Positions 30,601 to 39,773 of a stretch of DNA of 64,000 bases are shown piece after piece (positions within the stretch are counted from its first letter, which is position 1; the number at the start of each line of letters is the position of its first letter). The notes beneath the pieces are model-generated. The model was not told the DNA's origin and did not search any database. It saw only the letters and a program-made list of their open reading frames with translations. The position numbers and the translations under genes are program-made. Source of the DNA: an uncultured Clostridia bacterium. Its GTDB lineage: Bacteria > Bacillota > Clostridia > TANB77 > CAG-508. Location of the stretch: positions 12,956 to 76,955 of the forward strand of contig CAKPOI010000002.1 of assembly GCA_934169775.1 (NCBI GenBank). The letters run 5' to 3'.

Positions 30601-31533
30601 TTATAATAAATTTTTGACTATATCTTCTGCAGTTATTTTGAAATATTTCATTAATTCTTCGGCTTTTCCTGATTTTCCAAATGTGTCTGGTATTCCCATT
30701 CTTATAAGTTGTTTTGGATATAATTCTGTTAAAACTTCTGAAATTGCACTTCCTAATCCCCCTATTATATTATGGTCTTCTATTGATATTAGTTTTTTAG
30801 TTTCTTTTGCTGATTTTACTATTATATCTTTATCTATTGGTTTTACTGTGTGAATATCAATTACTCTTACATTAATTCCTTTTTCCTTTAATATTTCTTG
30901 TGCTTTTAAGCTTTCTGCAACTGTTACGCCTGTACTAAATATAGATCCATCTGTGCCTTCTCCAAATTGCACTGCTTTTCCTATTTCAAAATTGTAATTT
31001 TCATCATATATTATTGGTGTTGCTAATCTTGATAATCTTAAATATACTGGCCCATCGATTTTTGATATCTCTTTAACCGCCCATTTGGTTTGTGTGTCGT
31101 CACTTACTGATATTACTGTCATATTTGGTATTGTCCTCATTAAAGATATGTCTTCTATCATTTGATGTGTTGCTCCATCTTCTCCTACTGTTATTCCAGC
31201 ATGTGTTGCACATATTTTTACATTTAATTTTGGATAACATATGCTGTTTCTTATTTGATCATATGCTCTCCCTGCTGCAAACATTGCAAAAGTGCTTGCA
31301 TAAGGTATTTTCCCACATGTTGCTAGCCCTGCTGCTGTTGCCATCATATCTTGTTCTGCTATTCCCATATCTAAAAATCTTTTTGGATATTCTTTGGCAA
31401 ATATTCCTGTTTTTGTTGCTCCTGCTAAATCTGCATCTAATACTACTATATTTTCATTTTCTTTTCCTAGTTCTAGCAAAGCTTCTCCATAACTTTGTCT
31501 TGTTGCTTTTTTTTCTTCTTTCATTTTTATCAC
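30601..31533 (-). CDS. Transketolase, C-terminal (pyrimidine-binding + C-terminal domain) subunit
   Basis: 310 aa. RQSYGEALLELG...VLDADLAGATKT...FLDMGIAEQDMM...HAGITVGEDGATHQ. Confidence 0.85.
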   Translation of the reverse strand: MIKMKEEKKATRQSYGEALLELGKENENIVVLDADLAGATKTGIFAKEYPKRFLDMGIAEQDMMATAAGLATCGKIPYASTFAMFAAGRAYDQIRNSICYPKLNVKICATHAGITVGEDGATHQMIEDISLMRTIPNMTVISVSDDTQTKWAVKEISKIDGPVYLRLSRLATPIIYDENYNFEIGKAVQFGEGTDGSIFSTGVTVAESLKAQEILKEKGINVRVIDIHTVKPIDKDIIVKSAKETKKLISIEDHNIIGGLGSAISEVLTELYPKQLIRMGIPDTFGKSGKAEELMKYFKITAEDIVKNLL

Positions 31534-31561
31534 TTTCCTTCTTTTTTATTTTTTGTTAGTT

Positions 31562-31618
31562 GCGTACTTTAAAATGTTCTAATAATTGCTATTTTTATTA
31601 ATGTCCGCTTTTGTTTTA
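31562..31618. repeat. Family-B element copy
   Basis: GCGTACTTTAAAATGTTCTAATAATTGCTATTTTTATTAATGTCCGCTTTTGTTTTA aligns with 742-798. Confidence 0.55.
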
Positions 31619-31626
31619 ATTTATTA

Positions 31627-31672
31627 AAAGTTGCCAATACTCGGAGTCTTGTTTTTCCGTTGGCAACTTTTT
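31627..31672. terminator. Hairpin/terminator downstream of the pil operon
   Basis: AAAGTTGCCAA...TTGGCAACTTT stem with a 22-nt loop. A/T runs on both sides. Confidence 0.5.
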
Positions 31673-31695
31673 TATCTTTTTCTTTTGATTTTGTT

Positions 31696-31757
31696 AGTGC
31701 TTTTTTGCTCCGTCCCCAAAAGCATTAGTGTTTTTTGAGTCCGGCCCCAAAAGCATT
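31696..31757. repeat. Family-A REP-like elements, two tandem copies
   Basis: AGTGCTTTTTTGCTCCGTCCCCAAAAGCATT and AGTGTTTTTTGAGTCCGGCCCCAAAAGCATT. The second copy overlaps the pilC stop codon (31756-31758). Confidence 0.8.
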
Positions 31758-33093
31758 AGTCTAGATATGCTGAGAATAGGAAGTTACCCATATATACTTG
31801 GATACATGGTACTAATACTACTAGTACGAAGAATATTAATACTACTCCTACTATTGCATATACTACTTGTGGTAATGCTTTCATTATCTTGTTTAGGATG
31901 TCATCTATATCTATTTGCATATATTCTATTAGTTTTGCCATCATTTCTGCTAGGTCTGTTCTCATTCCTATTTTTAACATTTCTGTTATCATTGGTTTGC
32001 ATAATCCTGATTTTTCAAATGGTTCTATCCATGATGCTCCTATTAGGATATTATTTATTGATGTTTCTATTAATGATCTCATTACATAATTTTTTATTAC
32101 ATTTTTACTTACTTCTAATGATTCTTGTATTCTCATTCCATTTTCTAAGTTTAATAGCATTGCTTTCATTAATCTTGAAAAGTCTAAAGCAAATACTAAT
32201 TCTCCAAATATTGGTGCTTTATATTTAAAATAGTCAAAATTGTACTTTCCTTTTGGTGTTCTTATATAAAGTACTAAACCTACTGCTATTCCTGTTATTA
32301 ATATTACTGGTACATACCAGTATGCTATTATTACATTCATTACACCTTGGAACCATAGTGTCATTGCTGGCAATTTATCTTTTGAGCCTAATTCTTGATA
32401 TACATTTTGTATTGCTGGTATTGCTACTACTGTTCCTACTACTAACATTACTATTAATAATATAAATTGTATCAAATTTGGTATTAATATGCTTCTTAAT
32501 TTTTTGTTTATTGAGTTTGTGTCATCTAAATATTTTACTGCTTGTTCTAAAGAATTTGTTAATGATCCTGATAGTTCTCCAACTTTAATCATGTTTATGT
32601 ATATATATGGAAATACATCAGAATAGTATTCCATTGTTGTATACATATTTTCTCCTGCTTCTACTCCTGCTAATATATCTTCTAGTATTTGTTGGAATAG
32701 ATAATTTTCTGTACTATCTATTATTGTTCTTAATGCGTGTATGTTATTAAAGTTTGCCTTCTTTAATAAGTAAAAATTTTGAGTAAATACAACTAAATCT
32801 CTAGGTGTTATTTTTTTGCTTTTTGCAAAATACATTCTTACTTTTTCTCTTGTTGTTGGTTCATTTTCTTTTTCTATTGTTGTAGTATTTAAGTTTTTCA
32901 TAAATTCATTTATGCCACTTATATTTTTTTTCTTTTTTTGTTGTTTGTTTCCATATGGCATTTTATCTACACTTATTGGTAACATATCATTGTTTTTTAA
33001 GATTTTTACTAGATTTTGTTTTGTTGGTGATTCTACTTTGTTTCTTACTATTAATCCGCTTTTGGTCATTGCTTTATATATATATACAGCCAT
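31756..33093 (-). CDS. pilC: Type IV pilus platform protein PilC (GspF family)
   Basis: 445 aa with two GspF-type repeats and three TM segments. Last gene of the pil cluster. Confidence 0.9.
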   Translation of the reverse strand: MAVYIYKAMTKSGLIVRNKVESPTKQNLVKILKNNDMLPISVDKMPYGNKQQKKKKNISGINEFMKNLNTTTIEKENEPTTREKVRMYFAKSKKITPRDLVVFTQNFYLLKKANFNNIHALRTIIDSTENYLFQQILEDILAGVEAGENMYTTMEYYSDVFPYIYINMIKVGELSGSLTNSLEQAVKYLDDTNSINKKLRSILIPNLIQFILLIVMLVVGTVVAIPAIQNVYQELGSKDKLPAMTLWFQGVMNVIIAYWYVPVILITGIAVGLVLYIRTPKGKYNFDYFKYKAPIFGELVFALDFSRLMKAMLLNLENGMRIQESLEVSKNVIKNYVMRSLIETSINNILIGASWIEPFEKSGLCKPMITEMLKIGMRTDLAEMMAKLIEYMQIDIDDILNKIMKALPQVVYAIVGVVLIFFVLVVLVPCIQVYMGNFLFSAYLD

Positions 33094-33161
33094 TTTGTTT
33101 TATTCTTTTTCTAAAAAGCATATTAATAATGCTGAAAAAGAAATTCCTCCTTTCTTTTATT

Positions 33162-34262
33162 TTATCTTCCCTGCCTTATTTTTAATTGCATTATTGTTCT
33201 GTTTAGTGTTTCTATATTTTTTTCTTCTATTTGTGATTTTGCTTGATCTAATGTTATTTTATCTTTTACAAATGATTCTGCTAATGAGTTTATTAGTCCT
33301 ATGCTTCCTTTTTCTAAGTTACTTTGTATTGCATCTTCTATTTCTGATACACTTATTTTTTCTTTTCTTATAATTCCTGCAACTATATTGTCTACTACCA
33401 TTACTTCTGGAATTAATACTAATTTTCCGTCTTTTCCTTTTAATAATCTTTGTGATACTACTAATTTTAATAATGCTGATAATAGGTATTTTATACTTGC
33501 TTGGTCTCTTACTTCATAGAAGTTTATCATTCTGTCTATTGTTTCTGCACATGATTTTGTGTGTAGTGTTCCTATTACTAAATGTCCTGACTCTGCCATT
33601 TCTATTGCTGCTTCCATTGTTATTTTGTCTCTTATCTCTCCTATTACTAATATGTCGCAGTCTTCTCTTAATGAGTTTTTTACACCATCACTAAATGTTA
33701 GTGTATCTTGTCCTCTTCCTACTTCTTTTTGTACTATTAGTGATTTTTTTGAATGATGTCTAAATTCTACTGGGTTTTCTAGTGTCATTATTTTTCTGTT
33801 TTGTGTTTCATTTATTTCATTTATTAATGCATTTAATGTAGTTGTTTTTCCTGAGTTTGTTTTTCCTGTTACTAATATTAGTCCTTGTGGTTGATATGTC
33901 ATTCTTCTTACTATATCTGGTACTCCTAATTCCTCAAATGTTGGCAATGTGTTTTTTATAAGTCTTAAAGTATATACTGGTATATCAAATGAGTTAGAAA
34001 TATTTACCCTAAAACGTACATTTTCAAATTCATATGATGTATCTAGTTTTCTTGTTTCTCTAAATACTGCATCTTTGTCTAAATTTCCCATTACTAGATA
34101 ATCATATATTTCGTTCATGTCTTCTGGTGTTAATACATCCATTTCTTCTATTTCTTTTAATTCTCTTGCTATTCTTAAAATTGGTTTATTGCCACATATT
34201 AAATGTACATCAGATGCATCTTTTTCTACTACCAATTTTAATATATTATCCATATTTACCAT
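33162..34262 (-). CDS. pilT: Type IV pilus retraction ATPase PilT
   Basis: 366 aa. ASDVHL..., Walker A GKTNSGKTTT, ENPVEF, GEIRD, GHLVIGTLHT. Confidence 0.9.
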   Translation of the reverse strand: MVNMDNILKLVVEKDASDVHLICGNKPILRIARELKEIEEMDVLTPEDMNEIYDYLVMGNLDKDAVFRETRKLDTSYEFENVRFRVNISNSFDIPVYTLRLIKNTLPTFEELGVPDIVRRMTYQPQGLILVTGKTNSGKTTTLNALINEINETQNRKIMTLENPVEFRHHSKKSLIVQKEVGRGQDTLTFSDGVKNSLREDCDILVIGEIRDKITMEAAIEMAESGHLVIGTLHTKSCAETIDRMINFYEVRDQASIKYLLSALLKLVVSQRLLKGKDGKLVLIPEVMVVDNIVAGIIRKEKISVSEIEDAIQSNLEKGSIGLINSLAESFVKDKITLDQAKSQIEEKNIETLNRTIMQLKIRQGR

Positions 34263-34292
34263 AAGTTTTTTCTTCCTTCCTTAATACATTCC

Positions 34293-35936
34293 TTAATACA
34301 TTAGAATTTTATTATTTAATTCTTCTAATGTAGTCATTCCTTTTAGAACTTTATTTATTCCATCTATTGCTAATGGTCTGTATCCTTCTTCTAATGCTTT
34401 TTTCCTTATTTCAATGCTTGATGCACTTTGTACAATTAGTTCTTTTATATTGTCTGTTATATTTAATATTTCAAATATTCCTATTCTTCCATAATATCCT
34501 GTATTGTTGCAATAGTCGCATCCAACAGCATCATATGTTTTTAGGTTTTCTAGTTCTACATTTTCTCCATATTTGTTCATTATTTTAGTTATTACTTCTT
34601 TTTCTGTTTCATTAAATTCTCTTTCTCTTTTGCATTTTGGACAAATTCTTCTAACTAGTCTTTGTGATACTGATGTTGCTAATATACTTCCTATATCATA
34701 GTCTGATACTCCCATTTTTCTTAAACGGTTTATTACTTCTATACTGTCTATTGTATGTATTGTAGATAATACATAATGTCCAGTTTGTCCTGCTTGTACT
34801 GCTATTTCTGCTGTTTCTAAGTCACGTATTTCTCCTAATAATATGATATCTGGATCTTGTCTTAAAACTGTTCTTAATGATCCTGAAAATGTTGCTTTTG
34901 GTCCTATTTCTATTTGGTTTAGTCCTGGTATACGAATTTCTACAGGGTCTTCTATTGTTGTTATATTTATTTCTGGTCTGTTTAAATAATCTACTAAACT
35001 ATATAGTGTTGTTGTTTTTCCTTCTCCTGTTGGTGCTGCAATTATTGTTATACTGTTTCTTTTATTAAAGCTTTTTCTTACACTTTGGTCATCTCCTGGA
35101 TATCCTAATTCAAATATGCTTCTTACATCTGCATTTTTCTTTAATAATCTTAATACAAATTTTTCTCCATATACATTTGGCTGTGATGATACACGTATGT
35201 TATAATCATCATATAGTAATATTCTTCCATCTTGTGATTCTTGTTTTTCTTGATGCATATTTGATATTGCTTTTAGTCTTCCTATTACTTGTGCTTGTTT
35301 TTCTTTTTTTATAATTGCTGCTGTATATAGTTCTCCATCTATACGATATCTTATTCTTAGCTCATTTTCTTGTGGTTCTACATGTATATCACTAGCTCTT
35401 CTTTCCATTCCTGTTTTTATTATGCTATCTACTAATTCTGTTATACTTACACTGTCATTATTCCCTGCCATTGTTATATCTGATGTTACTTCTCCATCTA
35501 ATGATTTCAATGCCTTTTTTATTTGTTGTTCAAATGTTATATATGGTTCCATTACTAAACCTTTATTTAATAATAAAAGTCTTACTTCATTCATTTGTTG
35601 TGTGTTTACTGTATTTGGAAAACATACTTTTATTTTTCCGTTTACAATATCAAATGGTACAGCTTGGTTCTTTTTTGCTATGTCTGCTGATATATAATCA
35701 TTTATATTTATTGTTATTATATTGCTTGTTAATAAAATTCCTTTTGTTCCTAATATTTCTCCTATTGCTTCTATTAGTTTATTTGGATCACATACTTCTA
35801 GTTCATATAGAATGTCTCCTAACTTCATATTTGGATTTTTTCTTTGATAGTCTAGTGCTTTTTCTATATCCCCTTCTGTAACTATTTCTCTTTTTACTAA
35901 TTCTACACCTATCGGTTGTTTCCTACGCATTTCCAT
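34293..35936 (-). CDS. pilB: Type IV pilus assembly ATPase PilB (GspE family)
   Basis: 547 aa. N-terminal GSPII-like domain, Walker A APTGEGKTTT, tetracysteine motif CPKCK...CDYCNNTGY. Confidence 0.9.
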   Translation of the reverse strand: MEMRRKQPIGVELVKREIVTEGDIEKALDYQRKNPNMKLGDILYELEVCDPNKLIEAIGEILGTKGILLTSNIITININDYISADIAKKNQAVPFDIVNGKIKVCFPNTVNTQQMNEVRLLLLNKGLVMEPYITFEQQIKKALKSLDGEVTSDITMAGNNDSVSITELVDSIIKTGMERRASDIHVEPQENELRIRYRIDGELYTAAIIKKEKQAQVIGRLKAISNMHQEKQESQDGRILLYDDYNIRVSSQPNVYGEKFVLRLLKKNADVRSIFELGYPGDDQSVRKSFNKRNSITIIAAPTGEGKTTTLYSLVDYLNRPEINITTIEDPVEIRIPGLNQIEIGPKATFSGSLRTVLRQDPDIILLGEIRDLETAEIAVQAGQTGHYVLSTIHTIDSIEVINRLRKMGVSDYDIGSILATSVSQRLVRRICPKCKREREFNETEKEVITKIMNKYGENVELENLKTYDAVGCDYCNNTGYYGRIGIFEILNITDNIKELIVQSASSIEIRKKALEEGYRPLAIDGINKVLKGMTTLEELNNKILMY

Positions 35937-36043
35937 TTTTTATCATTCCTTTCTGAAGATATAAATCTGGTTGTCACATTATAATTATACAACATTTTTT
36001 GATCTTTTTCTTTATTTTTATGCATTTTCCATAAATTACATAT

Positions 36044-36505
36044 TTATTTTTCTATATAAAATGTTAATGCTTCATTTCCTGTTTTATCAAAATCTCCGCT
36101 TTTGAATTCTACTGTTATTTTTCCTTTTTTACTGTTATATTCTTCATAATAAAAATTGCATATTTGTATATTATTACATATTTCTGTGTTGTTTTTAAAT
36201 ATTGTTTGTGTTAATGGAGAATATTTATATATGTTTCCATTAGTAAATCTTATATACTGAATGTTTTCTCCTTGCTTGCTTTCTTTTTCACCTGCATCAA
36301 TAACTTTATTATTTTCTTCTTGTATGTCTTTGGCAAAATTGCTTGTAAATTCTGTATATTTTTTGCTATATGCATTTTTGTTGTTTATTGTACGAAGTGA
36401 ATTGTAAAAATTGCTTGAAATAACAGAAAAAGTAGCTATTACTATTGTTATTGCTATTACATAAATTATTACAGAAGATGTTGTAATTCCTTTTTCGTAT
36501 TTCAT
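36044..36505 (-). CDS. Minor pilin-like protein (KG/IT prepilin-type N-terminus)
   Basis: MKYEKG-ITTSSVIIYVIAITIVIATFSVI. Same KGIT junction as the other pilin-like ORFs. Sits inside the pil cluster. Confidence 0.6.
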   Translation of the reverse strand: MKYEKGITTSSVIIYVIAITIVIATFSVISSNFYNSLRTINNKNAYSKKYTEFTSNFAKDIQEENNKVIDAGEKESKQGENIQYIRFTNGNIYKYSPLTQTIFKNNTEICNNIQICNFYYEEYNSKKGKITVEFKSGDFDKTGNEALTFYIEK

Positions 36506-36506
36506 A

Positions 36507-36950
36507 TTAATCCTCCTTTGTCCTTATAGTTGATAATTCTATTGTCTTTATTTGTTTTTGATCTTTGTATGAAATTTCTACAGTTACTTTTTTTAATATT
36601 TCTGCAACTTCGTTTTGTTTTCCTTCTAGTTCTGTATAATCTTTTACTGTTATTGTTCTGTAATATGATGTTGTTTTTCCTGATTTGTCTTTTACATATC
36701 CATCTTTTAGTTTTTCTATTCCTTGTATTTTACTAGTTCCTTTTTGTGGTAAACTACTAAAATCTAATGCTTTTATTTCTTCTATAGTATCTACTGCATA
36801 ATATGTTGCCTCTGTTTCTCTTTCTAGATTTGTTGAATTTTTTTGTATTGATGTAAATACTGTTAATATTGTTGCCATGAATATTGAAATTATAATAACT
36901 GCTATTGTTATATCAATTCCTGTTATTCCTTTTTCTTGTTTTAGGTTCAT
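36507..36950 (-). CDS. Minor pilin-like protein (KG/IT prepilin-type N-terminus, Asp at +5)
   Basis: MNLKQEKG-ITGIDITIAVIIISIFMATILTVF. Lies immediately downstream of pilD. Confidence 0.65.
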   Translation of the reverse strand: MNLKQEKGITGIDITIAVIIISIFMATILTVFTSIQKNSTNLERETEATYYAVDTIEEIKALDFSSLPQKGTSKIQGIEKLKDGYVKDKSGKTTSYYRTITVKDYTELEGKQNEVAEILKKVTVEISYKDQKQIKTIELSTIRTKED

Positions 36951-36990
36951 ATTTAAACTTTCCTTCCTTGAGTTTAAATTTTTAGATTTG

Positions 36991-37800
36991 CTATTTTATC
37001 ATGTAATAATTACATATTAATATAAACATAAATATTATCATGTTTGATATTCCTAACATGTATCCTATTTGTTCTTTTTGAATATAGTTTTCTTTTTTAG
37101 CTTTGTTTCTGCTTTTTACTTTATTTATTATTGTATCTATTATTATTGCTATTGCTACTATTATTACACTTTCATAAGCTACATATTCTCCTGTTATTAT
37201 TGCCATTATTATTGTTGCTAATATTAGTCCAAATATGTATTTATTTTTTGCATATTTTTTTAGTGTTATATTATCTATTAATAATATAAGCATATATGCT
37301 ACTAGATATATAATATATCTATACATACTAGTTTTTTCTATTATATATAGATATATCATATATAAAATAGAAAGGATTATACCATATGCTAATACACTTC
37401 TGTTTATTTCACGTTTTTCTTTGTCTATACCTGCCATTAGTACTATAAATGTGAAATATAACACAAAAAATCCATAATCAACTAATTTGATTATTGTTAT
37501 ATTTTCTATATTTAATTTCATAAAATATGCTACTGCTAAAAATATTATTCCAGACATAGTTTCTAATATAAAATATCTTGGCCTTATTTTTTCTTTACAA
37601 TATCTGCATTTTCCTCCTAAAAATATATAACTCCATACTGGTATTAAATCCCAGAATCCTAATTCGTGTTCGCATTTTGGGCAATATGAATGTGTATGTG
37701 TTATATCTTGTCTTTTTGGTATTCTATACACTGCTAATGTGTAAAAACTTCCAAATACTGTTCCTATTATGAATATTAATATATAAAATATAAAGTCCAT
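36991..37800 (-). CDS. pilD: Prepilin peptidase (A24 family) PilD
   Basis: GSFYTLAVYRIP...CPKCEHELGFWDLIPVWSYIFLGGKCRYCKEKI plus a polytopic membrane C-terminal domain. Confidence 0.9.
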   Translation of the reverse strand: MDFIFYILIFIIGTVFGSFYTLAVYRIPKRQDITHTHSYCPKCEHELGFWDLIPVWSYIFLGGKCRYCKEKIRPRYFILETMSGIIFLAVAYFMKLNIENITIIKLVDYGFFVLYFTFIVLMAGIDKEKREINRSVLAYGIILSILYMIYLYIIEKTSMYRYIIYLVAYMLILLIDNITLKKYAKNKYIFGLILATIIMAIITGEYVAYESVIIVAIAIIIDTIINKVKSRNKAKKENYIQKEQIGYMLGISNMIIFMFILICNYYMIK

Positions 37801-37884
37801 TGGTTTCTCCTTTTGCTTTTTATAATTTTAGGCATATACTATATTTGTATATGCCTTTTTCTAAATAGTTTTATTATATTTTAA

Positions 37885-38328
37885 TTATTTTGTCATTTTA
37901 TCATTTGTCCATGTAATTTTTCCATTTGCATCGATTGTTGCTGTTAAGGCTGCTCCATCTGCATCTTTTACATTTGTTACTATTGTATAAGATGTTCCAC
38001 TTGCTGTTGCAGCATCTCCTGTGCAATATGTTTTTGATGTTGATGATGCATAAATTTTGTCTGCTACTGTTTTTCCTATTGAATCTGTTAATGTGTTGTC
38101 TCCTGTTACATATTTGCTGTTATAATATTCTGTAATTCCTTCTGCTGCTACTGTATTGAATACGTCTTTTACGTTTGCTATATTTGTGCTTACTTTTGAT
38201 TCTGAACCTCTTTTTAAGATTCCGTTATCTCCACTTAATGCTGCAATTGTTACTCCTGCTAAAATTAATAAAACTATAATTGTTATTACTAGTGCTACTA
38301 GTGTAATACCTTTTTGATTATTTTTCAT
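37885..38328 (-). CDS. Type IV pilin-like protein (probable major pilin), non-canonical N-terminus lacking Glu5
   Basis: MKNNQKG-ITLVALVITIIVLLILAGVTIAALSGDNGILKR..., 147 aa. Positioned between the pilMNO-like genes and pilD. Confidence 0.8.
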   Translation of the reverse strand: MKNNQKGITLVALVITIIVLLILAGVTIAALSGDNGILKRGSESKVSTNIANVKDVFNTVAAEGITEYYNSKYVTGDNTLTDSIGKTVADKIYASSTSKTYCTGDAATASGTSYTIVTNVKDADGAALTATIDANGKITWTNDKMTK

Positions 38329-38475
38329 TTTAAATTCCTCCTAATTTTTTTATTTTTTTAAATTTAATTTTATCTTTTATGTCTTTCCAAGTTGGTTTTT
38401 TCGTTAGTTCTTTCCCCCTTTTCATCTATTTTTGTATATTTCTTATACCTATAATAAGTATAATGTTAATAACTA

Positions 38476-38937
38476 TTATTTTGTTCCCTTATCTGGATAA
38501 TAATTTGTGCTACTACTATTTGAGTTTGTACTTGAGCTTGTATTTCTGTTTGCGCTTGAGCTTGTGTTTCCATTATTATTTGAACTTTCTCCACTTCCAG
38601 TGCTTGTTCCTCCATTAGAAGTTCCTGTTGAGCCACTAGTTCCATCTGAAGTTACTGGCGCAAATGGATTTTTTCTTCCTGATTTATACTCATTGCCTTT
38701 TTTATAATTTTTTAAATCTGTTGCTGTTACTTCATATGTTTGTATTACCTCATTACTTTGTCCAATTTCACTATCACTTATTGCATTTTTAACATCTTCT
38801 GTTGCCACATATGTTACTTTTTCTGGCACTACTTTGTTCATAGGAACATAATCATATAATAATACTCCTAAAAGTAATATTATTGCTAATGTTAATAATA
38901 ATATTATAATTATTTCTTTAAAAATATTTTTTGTCAT
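38476..38937 (-). CDS. Pilus-cluster membrane protein with GRKNPF motif and S/T/N/G-rich tail
   Basis: N-terminal TM segment (IIIILLLTLAIILLLGVLLY), GRKNPFAP reminiscent of the R(D/S)PF motif of PilP proteins, low-complexity C-terminus. Confidence 0.45.
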   Translation of the reverse strand: MTKNIFKEIIIILLLTLAIILLLGVLLYDYVPMNKVVPEKVTYVATEDVKNAISDSEIGQSNEVIQTYEVTATDLKNYKKGNEYKSGRKNPFAPVTSDGTSGSTGTSNGGTSTGSGESSNNNGNTSSSANRNTSSSTNSNSSSTNYYPDKGTK

Positions 38938-38951
38938 ATTAGACTCCTTTT

Positions 38952-39773
38952 CTATTGACCACTTACTGTATTTGAAGTGGTTGCTGTAGAATTTGTTGTG
39001 TTTGTACTATTAGTTGTATTTGTACTATTAATTGTATTTGTGTTATTTGTTGCGTTTGCACTGTTAGTTGTACTTGCATTATTTGTTGTATTGTTAGAAC
39101 CTGTTGTGCTTGTATTTGCATTTGAGTTTGTACTTGTGTCTTGAGTTGTTGGTACTGAACTTCCTGATATTCCTTTTATTGCTATATCTTTTGTAACAAA
39201 TGTAGCTTTTACTGTTTCTCCACTATCATTTGGTTCCATGCTAAAATTTTCAATTTTAAAATTTAATTCTGAGTCATTCTCTAAGTCTGAAATATATAGA
39301 GAGACTCCTACATATGAACCTTGTACTGTAAAGTTTATATCATAATATTTATAGTCACTGTTACTTGTATCTGTTGATGCTAAACTTCCATTTTTAAATT
39401 CAAATTTTGCATCTAGTCCTTCATCTGTTGCTAAACTCCCTAATTTTGTCCATAATTTGTCAATACTATATTTTTGTTTTTGAAGTGCTGCTGCTACTTC
39501 ACTTTCTGTACTTGTTGCTATCATATCTTCATATCTAGTTTTTTCGTTTTTCATTTCTTTTAAATCTGAATTTAATGTTGAAACTTTATTTGGATATTCT
39601 GTACTTACCAATGTTGTTGCTTGTTGTAGCTTTTCTTCTAAATTTGCATTTTCTTTTTTTATCTCTTTTACTCCTATAATATCTATTTTTCCTATATGAA
39701 TTCCATTTATTAATGTTGTTATTGTTAATATACTTACTAGGATTATTATAGTTGATATCAATAATTTTTTCAT
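38952..39773 (-). CDS. PilO-like pilus assembly protein with T/N-rich tail
   Basis: N-terminal TM segment, coiled coil (ENANLEEKLQQ...), alpha/beta core (YDINFTVQGSYVGVSLYISDLEN). ATGA overlap with pilMN. Confidence 0.55.
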   Translation of the reverse strand: MKKLLISTIIILVSILTITTLINGIHIGKIDIIGVKEIKKENANLEEKLQQATTLVSTEYPNKVSTLNSDLKEMKNEKTRYEDMIATSTESEVAAALQKQKYSIDKLWTKLGSLATDEGLDAKFEFKNGSLASTDTSNSDYKYYDINFTVQGSYVGVSLYISDLENDSELNFKIENFSMEPNDSGETVKATFVTKDIAIKGISGSSVPTTQDTSTNSNANTSTTGSNNTTNNASTTNSANATNNTNTINSTNTTNSTNTTNSTATTSNTVSGQ

